Assembly (NCBI GenBank): GCA_000165425.1
Contig: CT868047.1
Location: forward strand, 124,001 to 188,000
Reading direction: 5' to 3'
Length of the DNA stretch: 64,000 bases
From: Paramecium tetraurelia
Lineage: Eukaryota
Shown here: positions 1-13,711 of the stretch, piece by piece
Layout: every line of letters begins with the position of its first letter
Position numbering within the stretch: the first letter of the stretch is position 1
Position numbers and translations under genes: made by a program
Notes under the pieces: model-generated
Databases searched by the model: none
What the model was told of the DNA's origin: nothing
The model's input: only the letters and a program-made list of their open reading frames with translations

Positions 1-381
1 AAGTTAAAGATTTTCAGTACTCAATTTACCATATCTAGCTTCATATGAATCAATAATTTTGATGTTTTCCTTCTTTCTTAAATTCGGAGATTAATCCTAC
101 TTTCTTGCAGGAGAAAAAATTCTATCAGCTTATTTTATATAAGTATATATACTCAAATTATAGGATTTCTCTAAATGCTAAGAGGATCTCAAGTGAAAAT
201 TCTGAGAATCCTATCTCCTCAGTTAGTTTTTGGGATTCTCCATAACACTTAATTATTAAACAGCCTCATCGTTTCTGACTTATTTTGCCACTTATTAGCT
301 TGGAATAGGATTGTTATCTTGCTCTTTTTGTCTTTTTGGTGTATTGGAAGTTCGCTATCGTTTATGTGACGATCTGTTCAT
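1..381 (-). CDS. Hypothetical protein, probably continuing off the window start
   Basis: ATG at 381: MNRSSHKRQRTSNTPKRQKEQDNNPIP... is open under the ciliate code, with a GT-AG intron near 129-152. The 3' end was not resolved. Confidence 0.55.
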
Positions 382-495
382 TTAACAGAAATATGATTAT
401 AATAAATTTATAAATAGTGCAAAGTGGAATTCTTATAATAAAAAATGTAGGTAAGAATACGTAATGTTAATTATTTATAATTTCAATAGAGTAAA

Positions 496-2138
496 TCATT
501 TTTTCATTGTTTTGCTTTTTGGTTTTATTTTTTAGACATATAACTATTAAACTGAGACTTAGGTTTTTTTCTAAGAACTGGCACTCTTCTGAGCACTAGT
601 AATTCTTTGAGTTTCAATGTTAGATTGTGTTTTTTGTTTTGAATTGATTTTTGGACTTTCAAGCATGGCCTTATACTGTTAGAATGGAGTCTTAATATTT
701 AAATTATTCATATTAAGTTGATTGATATTGATGTTGATATTAGCTGACAGAGGAACAGATGATTGGGATGTATAGATTTTGAAGAGTTTTTCAGAAGATT
801 TGGTATGTGTTAATGACTACTTGGCATCTTATCCCATATTAGTGTGCATTTTCATAGAGAGGTGCTTCTAATGCTTATTAGGAGAGTTTATCTCTGTATA
901 ATGAGTTTATGTCTGACTTTTCTTATGAGTAGGAATTACTAAATTGGGACTATTGCTTTATTTCAATGGTTATTATGATTATATTAATTTTAATTGCTCT
1001 GAAGATATGCTTCTAGTACTAGTGATGTAATGAATGCTGTTTTGTTTAGATTGATAATTCGATATGTGATTAGCTTTTCCTGATTATTTGGAACTGAATA
1101 GACATGGATTTGCGTGATTAACAGTTAAAATCTGTTATTTTAAGAACTTTTGTAAATCCGTATCTCCATTGCTGCTATTGATAAGTTTATTGGAAGAAAC
1201 TAAGGACTTTTGGGAAGTATCTTTACTTAAGGTCTTGAAATGTCCTTTTTGTTGAGGAGACTTTTAGACTGGCCTTTTACTTATTCCTGCAGCATAGATA
1301 TTTTATTTGTCCTTATAAAATTGAGTATTTTTGGATATTAGTTATTTAAGTAATTTCAAGTTAGGGGGATACTAAGATTTCTATTGCTATTATTGAGTCA
1401 TAGTCATCCATGTTGCATCAATATTCTAATATGAGGGGAGATATATTTACAATAATTTCATCACTAGCCTTAGACTTTAAGATCTCTCTTAACACTGAAA
1501 GACTTGACACTTGAGTCTACTGGGTTATGCTATTTAATACTTTGATGTCTTCTTTGAGCTTCTCATATTCTAATTATTTTGATGTGATTACATGTGCAAT
1601 TACTAGCATCTTCCACTGGAATACCAAGCATGAATTTTATCTTCCTATACTCTATCTATCTAATGGTTTAATCTAAAAATAATGTACTTCTTTTTCTCAT
1701 AAAAATAGATTGCCAAATCAGACACTCTTGGCATGAACATTCTTGGAATATCTTTGTGATACTTGTAGTATTCTAACAATTACTCAAACTTCATAGGTTG
1801 ATCATTTTGTGGGTAAAATCTATGAAGCAACATTAATTATCCTGTATATACCTTTTTAGAAATTCATCATAATCTTCAAGAGTCAATCTATCTTTGAATT
1901 TAATAACCCATGATATTGGCTTTGTTGAAAATAAATCCTCGTATTTTCTTCCATTCCATTGCGATTATGAGTATTTCGTGTACAAAGCCTAAATGCCATT
2001 TTGATTATCACTTACTCTATTGAGGAGCGGGGCAAAATTTATTTTATCAGTTGTTACTCTACCGTATTTCTAACAAAATAGACAATCCTCCTCCTATGTG
2101 TATTTCTTCAATTTTATTAGAGCATCGCCCTTTTTCAT
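496..2138 (-). CDS. Hypothetical protein (LLEYYKYHKDIPRMF motif, low-complexity S/T/K/Q tail)
   Basis: MKKGDALIKLKKYTQEEDCLFC... with short GT-AG introns; ends ...PKSKTMKK-TGA at 496. Confidence 0.7.
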
Positions 2139-2429
2139 AACTGAATATAAATAATATTATGTATAAAAATATCAATAGCAAAAACAAATTCAAAGCTAGA
2201 AATGATGATTAAAATAGAATTAGCGTACCATTAAAATATATTATATATTTCATATGAATAACCACATCAAGTAGACACAAAATTATAATCTCGAAGGAAA
2301 ATTAACTTCTTTATATTGATTTAGCTAAAAATAAGTTCGGATAATTTTTCATTAAATATAATTATATTTTTGATTATGTTAGAATCAATAATTGAATTTA
2401 TTAAAGTATTAATTGATATTTGATAATTT

Positions 2430-4672
2430 TCATTTTTATATTAGTGAAATGATGTAGCTTATGTTGTACTCTGGGTAAAAATAGGCATATTCTTTCACAC
2501 AGTCAAAATCATCAACACTTAAGAGTTCTTGAAATTTATATTGGGAAGAGTTTAAAGGGATACTTTTAAAATCCGGTTGTATTATTTATGCAATTTGCTA
2601 ACTACTAGTGTAGATAGATGGTTATAGTTGTATGTTTTTATGACTACTCCTTAATTATTCATATAATTTATCGGTAATGTATTCTACATATCCATCCTTT
2701 TAAATTGTAGGAATTTATATATTTCCTTTGCTAGTTAAAATAATGTTTTTCTCAGTAACCCTTTGACTTCCACTTCCTTCATCAGCATATACTTCAAACT
2801 CATCTTTACTATCACTTGAACTGCTATCACTCTAATCAATGGTTGCACTATCATTTTGCTTGCAAAGTCTCTTAAATATATCAAAATGAAATTTTACATA
2901 GGTTTTATAAGCTCTTTAACTTTTACTCTGGAATCTTTTTTTTAAATGACTTCTAACATTATTCTCATTTTAGATAGCAAAGTTCATTTACACTTTTATA
3001 ACTGAGCATCTTCTTTCTTAATGATACCCATTACAAATCCAACATCTATATTCTATCAGATTTGTTTCACCTTCGAAAATGATTTTATGTTTTATTAGAT
3101 GAAAGGATTCCTAAAATATTTAATTAGTTTACAAAATCCTAACTTAAAGTAAGACTTTATGAAAAATCTTCAGAACTTATATATAATAATAAAAAGTGAT
3201 CATCCAATTCTAATTCAACATCGGATATATTCCTCTGAAAACAATTTATCAATCCAAATTAGAATTATTTTGAATCGATTTCTTTTTGGCCTTTAAATTA
3301 GTTTCCTAATCTGAGGTACCCCTTTCCTTCCAAAATCAAATATAATCCATATCTATCTAATTTTATTTTTTCCTTGCACTTTCTTATTGATTTTAGTTTT
3401 TACGATAAATTTGTTGTAAATTATTTTGAAAAAATATTAAGAACTTTTAAATTGTCCTTTAAAATGGATTAATAAATTTTTTTAATAATTTCTTATTAAG
3501 CCAACTTATATTTATAATAAAAATTACCTATTTTTATGTCAATTCTTTATTCGAGATTTATTGATATAATTTTAATTTTTTTAATAATTATCCCTTATGG
3601 TTCCAAAAGTAATATTGTAACACATACACATCAAATTATATTTAATTTTCAATGTAACCATTATTTGATCTTATTTGAATTAAAACATCAATTGTATATA
3701 ACATCAGAAGCAATGCAATTATTTAATTAATTATTACTTCAAAATTCAAGGTTGATTCCTAGACTTGGTAATTTGCTTGGAAAGTTATAAAATTTATGTT
3801 GATTATTAAGGAATCCTTATATTTTTATAAATAATCTCCACTTTCTGTTGACTGTTCAAAAAAACATGAGAATAAGTGCAAGAAGTAAATATAATAAATA
3901 ATGGCTTTGGAAATTGCGAGAGTTTTATAGAACTTTTCTAATAAATAATTTTTATAGCATACTTCTTTTAATAATTAGCAAAATAGTAAATATTTCTATC
4001 CTCTAAAACCCCATGAAGAAGTAATAAAATGATATTAATAAAAGAATTTGACTCACATTTTCTATAATGTATATTAATAAAATGGATATGACTGTTAAAT
4101 TCTTCAAAGTAATTTAATTTAATAAACTAAACTTTTATTCATTATGTGTGTTTGAGGTTTTGAGTATTTGTATATATGAATAAAGATTTTAAATAAAGAT
4201 AAAGAGTAAATGAAAAAATACTAGAAAGTAAAGTGTATTGCTAATATTTTGATACTCCTCTCTGAGTTAAAGATAAGGAATGTAAATTCCGCAAAAAAGG
4301 TTAAATATGGTGTTCAAAAAATCAATCGAATATTTCATAAAGAGCAGTATTTAAATAAGAACAGAAAACTATGATAATTTTTTTCTTATTTATTTTTTCC
4401 TGGAATGTGGTATGCATTAAGTTGACTCCGAAGTTTCCACCCATTTCTCACAATTCTCAACCAAGAATTGATTTATTTAATCTTGCTTAGTTTCTTTTAA
4501 GTTATCATATGATATGATTGAATTTACTAAGAAAAAGCTTTCACTAAAAGAAGGAGGATTCAAGCATTCCTCAGGGTTGCTCTTTGGTGAGTTTTTTATT
4601 ATTTTCTTAAACTCAAGTTTGTGCAATACTAACAATAAATAAATTGCTACCATCTTCTTTGTTAGAATTCAT
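2430..4672 (-). CDS. Divergent cyclic-nucleotide-binding-domain (KCNH/CNG-like) ion channel-like protein
   Basis: ATG at 4672 with 22-25 nt introns and several hydrophobic helices. S5-like YFLHLFSCFF; CNBD-like FSKQFTTNLSQKLK...RYGLYLILEGKG...FGLINCF; CWICNGYH...C motif; C-terminal DFDCVKEYAYFYPEYNI motif that I recall from ciliate CNBD channels. TGA at 2430. Confidence 0.6.
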
Positions 4673-5099
4673 ATTAAAAACTTAGATAATGAATATAATT
4701 TCAAATACTAATTAATGTAAGATGAAAAATACAAAGCAATAGCATTGAGGATTGCTTAATTCTTTTCATATACCCAAAAATAAGTCTGAAAGATTAGCAA
4801 TTATAATGTAATTGATGATAATTTAAAGTATAAATTCAGTAACTTAGAAACCATCCGCTGAACAAAATACAATAACTCAAAATGAGAATAAATATTTATT
4901 GGAAAATGATAAAATAAATGATATTTGAATAAAATCTGATTCAATATTTTTATCAACACTTATTTGAGATTTCGAATAACAATACAAATGGTGAAATATT
5001 TACAAAAAATTATTTAAAAAGTTAAAAAAAAAAAATCAGAAATAGTATTCTTTCATTCAGAAACATGAATCAAAATTAAATATTAAAAAAAATCTTCAT

Positions 5100-5858
5100 A
5101 TATTGCAAAAATTATTATGGGATTATAATAATTTATACTTAATGATTACATTAGGTCCTTCTTTTCTAACTATTTTTGTAATCTTTCATACATCTGGAAC
5201 TAGGTATTGGAATATAAAAAGACTTTTATTAAAAACTTTTGGCTTCTGGTCCGATTGCATATAAACCTTTATTTAGCTCATTAATCTTTGATTTTCTAAA
5301 GAATATCTAAACTTCCCTCTTATTTTTTCTTTTTTATAATTTTATTAAACTTATATCTTCTTCTAGTAAATTATTTCTTTCTAAAAATCTTAATTTATTA
5401 TTATTTTACTTAAGTATTTCCATTTCACTTGATATTCAATTACTTAAATGGTTAAATATTTCCTCCTACTAAATATATTATATTTTTCTTATAAATATAC
5501 GGTTCAATTCGATTTCGAATATATTATTTCTAATTATCTAATCTTCGCATTTGGACATGTGATTACTTACAAATTTCTATCAGTTTCATGATATAAGAAG
5601 GTAGCTTTAATCTTCAAATTCATATATAATCTTTTCTGTTTTATATTTTGTATACTCAACATGAGTGTATATGAGAACTTCTCTTTTATCTCGATTTAAA
5701 TATTCTAATTATTCAATTCTAAATTAAATTATTAATTTAATACTTTCCATAAACCTAGCATTTTCTTCAGTTGTAATTTCTAGATGAATTATAGGTCTCC
5801 TTCCTGTTCCCTATTTTAATAGTTTATTTTTGACTGCTTCTGTTGATCTACGATTCAT
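5100..5858 (-). CDS. Hypothetical protein (boundaries approximate)
   Basis: ATG at 5858: MNRRSTEAVKNKLLKQGTGRRPIIHLEITTEENA, then a GT-AG intron. The 3' end was not resolved. Confidence 0.4.
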
Positions 5859-6259
5859 TTTATTTCACTTTCCATAGATGAAAAAGATTATTTTCAAATC
5901 TTGATGAAGAGGAAAGTGAATGGTCAAATAGCCGCTTGTAGTTTTTGATGTATTAAGATATCAGGAGTATAGGCTGCAGTACAAACAAATTCTTCAAATA
6001 ATAAGGAATAATAAATATTACTTAAATTGTTGTCAGTAAGAAGTATTTATTAATTGTTGACCCCCAACTTTTACTTCTAAAAATTGAAGGATTAATTCTG
6101 ACAATACAATCAATAGATTGTCTAAACACTTGGCTTACAAAATTAAGAGATTACATAAATTATTATTATTTTGCTATAATATTAGAGGAGTGAAAATAGA
6201 GTATATGCAACTTATAAAATTATTTGATATATTAAAAACAATAGATAGTCTTAGTGCAA

Positions 6260-6811
6260 TCATTTTCTTAGATTCTGTAAATATAGCTATTTTTGTTTAA
6301 GTGCTCCGTATCCAGCTTATATAAAAGTATTTGAATTCTGGACTGGATTAACGTTCTTCAAATATCTTGAATAATTTTGAGTTTTAATCATTTGCTAACT
6401 CTGGCCTATTAGCGAACTTGCCATGTTATTAATTCCTTTATTCATTATTGGCACATGTGAATGAGTCATTGAATGTTTCTCACCCTCCAAAACCTTTTTT
6501 GGAATTGCAACAATTTCATACTCATCTAAATTCAATTTTTGGAAGTCCTTTCTAAATTTATAAGATGGATATTCAGATCTGGTTGAAGGTGTTAAATCAA
6601 CATCAGTCTCTGATTATAACACCTTCTGAGCATTTCTTTAGAACTTCTGATAATAGTACGATGGAGGATTTTAATTAGCATTCATGTTTGTTGTGATGAT
6701 TTGCGGTTCACTATTCTTATTGATTGGTTTTGATGTATTTGATACAATTCCTATAACACCATTTTTATCCATAGTAGAAGTTCTCCCTTAGAATCGGGTT
6801 TTAAAATCCAT
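6260..6811 (-). CDS. Hypothetical protein, 183 aa, intronless
   Basis: MDFKTRFQGRTSTMDKNGVIGIVS...KQLYLQNLRK-TGA; 552 nt open frame under the ciliate code. Confidence 0.7.
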
Positions 6812-7264
6812 TCACTTTTTATTATATTAATTATACGTCAGTCAATTAGTTTCAATTTTCATAACTTCACTGACAGTTCTTATTCCACCTTTTCAATTCA
6901 TTTCGTAATTATTCCCATGCCTGTTTAAGACTTATGATTTAAAATATTCGTCTGAATTTAAGTAAAAAATTGGAAACGCATACGATTTTAGTTATCTCTC
7001 AATAGGCTATATGACATTGAAGGAGTTCAAAAATTACAAGGAGTCTAAAATATACATTGTATAGTAATAATAAATCAATTCAGATTAAGGAAACCAATAG
7101 AGATAAATATACTAATTTTCTGGTGAATAAAACAACTATTGAATAGATCTGGAGAGACTCAGATGAAATAAATACATCTAACGATATTTAAAAATAGTAA
7201 ATATGAATTTAATATGGAGTTAGTTAAAAACTAAGAAATAAAGAAAAAATGAGTTATAATTCAA

Positions 7265-8862
7265 TCACATTGTATTTTCTACTTCTTCATCACATTCTTT
7301 CATTCCCAAAAGATCAAGAGTTGAAATAAGTTAATTTTATCTATTGTTTGAACCAGTTTCTTGAATGCTGTCTGTTAAATTGATATCTATACTGCATTCT
7401 ACCTTCCCACCAATCTAGTTTACAAATTATTAAAGTGGATTTCTCCTCTTTTCCTCAATTTATATATAGTTTCCTGTATTGCCTAGATCGACGCTGGATT
7501 ATATATTACAAAGATCTCCAAAACAATCTTATACCTAATTTTCAGCAGATACTTATTATATAGGTAAATATTTACATATACTCTACGAAGACCCTATCCC
7601 TAAATTGCATTTTCCATTACTATTGTTTGCTTCAATTTAGTTATTACCAGAACTATTACCAAGAGAATTGATTAATTATATTAGACCTGGATAATTTTCT
7701 CCATTCCTCTTTTAGACTACATGAATATTACCAAGTTCGTATATTAAATCTTCAATTACTATGTCTTAATATTCTAATCCAAGATGCAAAGTTTTTAATG
7801 CTCGATGCAAATTCTATTTTTAATTAATAGATAAACTGGTCTATAATGATTTGCACTTATTTGCTAATCCTTCATCTTCTTCAATTATCTTTGTTGACGA
7901 AAGCATTGCAATAGTAGTATATATTTGATTTTTTTCTATAAAAGGATGAGCTAATGCCTCCATTGGAGTAATTCTTTTTTTTGGATCAGCTGACAAAAGT
8001 CTAGATAATAGATTTTAAGCACTAAGGGATTCTTCCTTAACTCTGTTCTTGAAATTCCATTATTCAGGCTTCTTTAACAAATCAATTTAGTCATTAATAG
8101 AATTCGAATGTAAAGGCAATTCACCTGTCATACATTAAAACATAATGACTCCTACGCTCCATACGTCTACTTCTTTAGAGTAATGTGGCTAATGGTAAAT
8201 TTCAGGTGCGCAGTAATATATGTTGCCTGTTTTAGTGAGCATTTCAAGGTGCTAACTTTTTTATATAAACCTTCTTGAAACACCGAAATCAAGCAATTTT
8301 AATTCACAATCGCCCTCAATATTGACCAAAATATTATCCGGCTTTATATCTCTGTGGCTTATTCCTTTATTATGGATGTGTTGGATTGCAGTCAATAACT
8401 GTTTGATGACTTATCTAGTTTCTTCTTCTCTTAAAATTTTCCTCTATACTAATATTGATTCCAAAGTAGGATAAGGACAATATTCCATAACCAAACACGC
8501 ACTGCAATACTTTTCATTTATAAACAATTCTATCTCCTAAATTATGTTTTGATGTCGCAAACAACGAGCATTATAAAATGTTCTCTTAACATTATTATAT
8601 ATTTCCTCATTATTCATTCTCGTTACTTTTACTGCATATAATTCATTAGTTTCTTTTCTCCTTGCCAATTTTACTACTGCATGTGCTCCCTATCCTACAA
8701 ATCACTAAAATTCTTACCCAGCACTTACAATGCCTCATATCTATCTTCAAATTTTATAGCATCATCAACCACACTCAAACTAATTATTTCTGGCTTCTCT
8801 TCGTCTTCACCAAATTCTATTTTGCATTTCAGTCTCTCTTTTAAAGATTTATCTTACAACAT
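7265..8862 (-). CDS. Ser/Thr protein kinase (CAMK-like)
   Basis: GQGAHAVVK glycine loop (after a 23-nt intron), YAVK, HRDIKPDN, DFG, YCAPE, DVWSVG; TGA at 7265. Confidence 0.9.
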
Positions 8863-9507
8863 AATAATTATATAAATTTATGATAAAAATACTTGTAATA
8901 TCATATCTCATTCAATTAAGACAATTTTTTATTAAATTATACTGATTCAATTTCGTGTTGATTGCTTAAGATAATATTTCAATTATTATCACTTTAATTT
9001 ATTTTTAGATCAATTTTATTTCATAATTCTACTATGTAAAATTCTTATCATCCTAACAATCATTTAACTATTAACATGCATACTATAGACAAATTGATAG
9101 ATTCATCCCTTTCTAAATTTGAATTTTGTTTTTTAAATTATTATAACCGCTTTAAACAAAAATTAATTTATGTTCCCTTTAATAAATTGAAAATCCCAAT
9201 GAATTGCTGGGATCAAGCTATTACAATTAAAATGACTTATTAAAATTCTATTAATATCTTCATTACTTAAAATCTCTTCAGCAATATTATAATAATGTCT
9301 TTCCAAAGTATCTAATTTTTTGATACTTCTTAATTTACAATATATGTACTTGGCAATTATCATTATGCTAATTTAATTATTTTTCGAATTCCATAAGACG
9401 ATTAATAAATTTAAAAGATTTAATTTTTTCCTTTAATATCCAAGAAATAATAATAATATCTAAAGGCTATTTTTATACTTAATTAGCCCTTAATAAAATT
9501 ATTATAT

Positions 9508-9620
9508 TATATCAGATCTATTTTTATTTTTATATTTTGTTTTTAAAACTCTTCAATTAATTATAAATTATTTTAATCATGTTAATGCTAAATCAATTCT
9601 TCTACTACTTTTAGTGTATA
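9508..9620. mobile_element. IES-like (internal eliminated sequence) TA-bounded segment, 111 bp
   Basis: Present in copy 1 and absent in copy 2, which keeps a single TA (15190-15191). Ends are TATATCAG and (reverse complement) TATACACT; about 16% GC by hand count. Confidence 0.7.
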
Positions 9621-10018
9621 TGTATACAACTAGTGTTTGCCAAAAATTATATACTGTCAAATATATTTTTAATTTATTATATTCTTAATTCATTTGGTGA
9701 GTTTTTCTCGAAAAAATTATATTCACAATATTTCAGCCAATCAGAATCAAAATTACAAATGTCTCAAAGATTCTTTCATTCAATTCTTATGCTAAACAAT
9801 TAATTCTTGTGTTAACCAATTCATTCAATGTTTACTTATTTGTAATCCTAAAATATCTGAAAAATTAATCTTAATTAGAGAATAAAAGCTATTAAATTAT
9901 TATATTTGAATACTAATTTTTTTCAATAAAAATGAATTTTTGACCATTAATTACTAATGAAGAAGTTTGGAATCATTAACATTACTTATAAGTATATATT
10001 AATTTAATTTAATTCCTT

Positions 10019-10577
10019 TCAAAATTAAATACAAAAATTTTAATTTAAATTTTCATTTTCCTTTTTTTTTTCATTTTTTTTTTCATTTTTTTTTTCATGC
10101 AATAAGAGTCTATATGGTCTCACATCTTCTGAATTATTAACAACGAAAAATTGTTTTGATTTCATCATTTTACTTTATTTAATTTTCTTGGGATTTACTC
10201 TTGACATAAAAATAGGTGCAAATTATTTTTCACCAACCTAAGTGTATTTAGCATATTAATTATCAATACAGACCTTAATATCATTTGAAAAATAAATTCC
10301 TTTTCCAACTTTAACTTTCTCTCCAAGCTCATTAATACATTCATCATTTTAATGATGTTATTTCTCACCACTTATTAAATTGTTTTTTATAATTGAATTA
10401 ACAGCACCTTAATTGGTACCATGATACATAATTCTCCATTCTTTTGGATTACCATCCATTTTTAACCAATCATTTCCATGTTCTTTTACCTACTTTTCTA
10501 CATTTAACCCAAATCCATAGCAACCTATTGGAAAATAATAATCATATCTATGATAAGGAGGCCCTCTCTATTTTTTT
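10019..10577 (-). CDS. Duplicated 3' end of the ADP-ribosyltransferase gene (5' part lost in the gap)
   Basis: Matches 15590-16148: YHGT...GIYFS...DVRPYRLLL...FCIQF-TGA. Confidence 0.75.
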
Positions 10578-10727
10578 NNNNNNNNNNNNNNNNNNNNNNN
10601 NNNNNNNNNNNNNNNNNNNNNNNNNNNNNNNNNNNNNNNNNNNNNNNNNNNNNNNNNNNNNNNNNNNNNNNNNNNNNNNNNNNNNNNNNNNNNNNNNNNN
10701 NNNNNNNNNNNNNNNNNNNNNNNNNNN
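10578..10727. other. Assembly gap (150 N)
   Basis: Run of N. Open reading frames run into it from both sides. Confidence 1.
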
Positions 10728-12202
10728 TTTTCAGTTAAATATTTCCTTTACAACTAATTAGCACTGACTATAATTTTTCTTAAGTAGGATTAGAGCTTTT
10801 CGCTAGAGGAGATAGTTATCATTTTTTCCATATTTTACAACATTTCTAAAGGTTCAACTAAATTTGCTCTTGGACCTCCATCCATTTTGTCAGGCAATAG
10901 AGCTTTAGATTTACTAGTCCAATCACTATATATTTATAGTATTTTCTTAAACAAGTTCAAATACATATCCTTATATTGTTCGTAATCTTAATCAGGTGCA
11001 TCTTATTTATTAGAGGATGATTTAAAATCCATATCGTATTGATGTTTGCTAACTTATTGTTTGATTTCTAAATCCTTTTGTAGATGCAAAAGTTATTTTT
11101 CAAGTTAAATGTTGTCGAGCTCTAAATCTGACACTCTTTTGGTGAGAATCAAGTTTTAATTCTCAAAATAATCATATTTATCTATGAATTTTTCAGCTTA
11201 AAAGTTTTCGAACCTCTTAGTCATAATGTTGAATTAAGGAATGAACTTTTCAATTTCAACTGTGCTCCTCTTGAGTTCGTCTAATTATTATTTGGGAAGC
11301 TTGATTTCTTTGAGAAGTTGAATATTCTTAAAATTCAGACTTTCCATTCGAACTCTACAATTCAAAGATCTTCCCCTTAGCCATTTCTAATTAATCCACA
11401 AGTTCTTAGCTAATTATAGATAATAGGGTACTTTTCTCTTGTAAATTTATCGATGTAGATGAGCATTTATTGTGTAACTTACTCTAATTAGAGCCTTGGA
11501 TTCGCTCAAGACTTTTTCTTTGGCAAGATTATTGATCATCGTATAAAGAGAGTTCTCTGCCTTTTATTTGATTTCCAGAATGGCTCTTCTTCTTGGATTC
11601 ATTTTAGCCATTTCTGAGGTGCTTTTGACCAAGTTTTCAATGGTTTTTTTGGGTTGGAAACTCTGAGTCTTGATTTACAGTTTTTTCTTGAGACTGCTTG
11701 AAGTATGCTTTTGCGTATTCAATGCTGACTTAGTTTACAAATATATATTACAGAAACTTAAAGTTTAAATTCTTCATCAATGGGTCCTGGTTTGGTGTAA
11801 ATATAATTTCCGAAAGCATCAAAAACAATTCTATGAAAGTTTTTTTTGAATTGCTCATATTCATCCTGATTAATTTACACTTCCTTTTCGAAATAGTCCT
11901 CTGGTGGATCAATTTCAGCCTATTCTTTTGTAACCCTCAAATTGCACGATACATTTTCAGATCTTGCTCCTACATTGACTTTCTTCTCTTGCAACTTGAG
12001 CAAACTCCTTGGTGTGAGACTTGTAGCGGCAGTATATTTGTTGATTAATAGTTATTGATCTTGATCATCATTTGGAATAGATAGTCTAAGATGCAATATT
12101 TATTTACTGAAATTGAGGTCTTCGAGGGCTTGTCACAGCTGTTTATGGTCTTGTGCGAGCTGAACTTAAGAAAGAGCTCTTAGGACTTGTGTGAACAGAC
12201 AT
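10728..12202 (-). CDS. Hypothetical coiled-coil protein, 3' end lost in the gap
   Basis: MSVHTSPKSSFLSSARTRPQTAVTSPRRPQ... with short introns; the frame is still open (...QRKYLTE) at the gap. Confidence 0.75.
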
Positions 12203-12400
12203 TTTAATAATAGTTATATTAATAAATGAAGATTTTGTCATACTAGTTGAGTGGAGTATTGTTGGAAATCATTAGAAATTAAGGAGAAAATCAAAGTATT
12301 GTAAAAGGGAAGTTATGTATTCCCATTATGTTTAATTAATTTGGTGAATTTATATACGTTTTTAACAAAAATGAAGTGATAAAGTTATTTATAAATTGCA

Positions 12401-13588
12401 ATGTCTTAACACAAAATCTTTGCTAAATAGGATGTAAGGAAGCTCTACTTAGATGAACAAGGGAATGTTGATTTTAATAAGATATAGGCCAGATGGGATG
12501 AGTTGAAGAATATAAAGGTGAGCTTAGCCAACAAACATTATACTCAAGCAGTAGTTGAGAAGGTGAAAACAATGTCTGCTGAAGACTAATAACGATTCTT
12601 AGATATAGTGATAGCCGGTCTAACAAATGATGATAGCTAAGTTGGTATATCAGCCACAAGACCAGAGGATTATGATGTTTTTCTGTTTTATCTAGAACCA
12701 ATAATCAGAGAATATCATAAGATCGAAGGGGAGACGAAGCAAGAACATGATTGGAATATCCCAGTTGGTGAATATGTATTAACAAAGATTGATCCTGCAT
12801 TGGAGAAGGTTTCAATGAGAGCCAGAGTGGCCAGAAATGTTGTTGGTTACAATTTACCATCATCAATGGATAAGGATGAGAGGATCAAATTTGAGAATCA
12901 AATGGTAACTGTGTTTGAAAACTTTGGAATTCCAGGAAATTATTACAGTCTAACACCAGGTCATAAGAATTTTATATCAGATCAAAAGGCTGATGAGTTA
13001 AGGAAAAGGCATTTCTTATTTATAGATATGACAAGTGACAATCATTTAATGTCGAATGGTGTAGCATCAGATTGGCCATTTGGAAGAGGAATCTGGATAA
13101 GTTAAGATGAGAGTAAAATGGTTTGGGTAGGAGAAGAAGATTAATTAAGAATTATTTCAATTGTCTAAGGAAATGATTTAGGCAAGGTTGATTAATCCCT
13201 TCATGAATTATTAAATGGTATTGAAAAGAGTGGTCTCAAATTTGCTGAGCATCCAGTCTATGGTATCATAACAACATGTCCAACCAATATGGGAACTGGA
13301 AAAAGATAATCTATCTTGGGCAAATTCCCAAATCTTAGTAAAGCTGGAACAGACGAAGCCAATTTGAAAGATAAAGCAAAATCAATTGGATTATAAGCAA
13401 GAGGAATCGGTGGTGAGCACTCATCTGTGGATCAAGAAGGAACTGCTGACATTTCCCCATCAGCAAGATTTGGTGTCACAGAAGCTATTGTAACCAAGAG
13501 GTTATTTGAAGGATTAATTGTGCTCTATTAAATAGAAAAAACAACAGTTCCAGAAAAGGCTAGAAATAATTGTTGCACAATATTTTGA
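12401..13588 (+). CDS. Arginine kinase (phosphagen kinase) with C-terminal CaaX-like CCTIF
   Basis: Intronless, 395 aa: SMRARVARN, DWPFGRGI, WVGEEDQLRIIS, TCPTNMGTG, RGIGGEH; ends NNCCTIF-TGA. Confidence 0.93.
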
Positions 13589-13711
13589 ATATCTTAATAC
13601 AAAAATATCAAATATTTATTTCAATGTTGTTCTAATTAAACTCAAATTTAATAGCAAATATGATCAATTTAAATATAAATAATTAATTTTATTGATAATT
13701 TTAACAATAAA

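Larger units (their letters stand above)
9192..10577. repeat. Direct duplicate copy 1 of 14874-16148 (carries an extra 111-bp TA-bounded segment; ends at the assembly gap)
   Basis: Sequence from aatcccaatgaattgctggg matches 14874 onward. The offset is 5682 before the indel and 5571 after it. Confidence 0.95.

Noticed and set aside
9163..9363. 66-aa ORF as the missing 5' exon of the EML gene
   Set aside because: It is out of frame with EML, the candidate introns I tried do not restore the frame, and it has no WD40 character.
10578..10727. ORFs spanning the N run
   Set aside because: Artefacts of translating gap characters.
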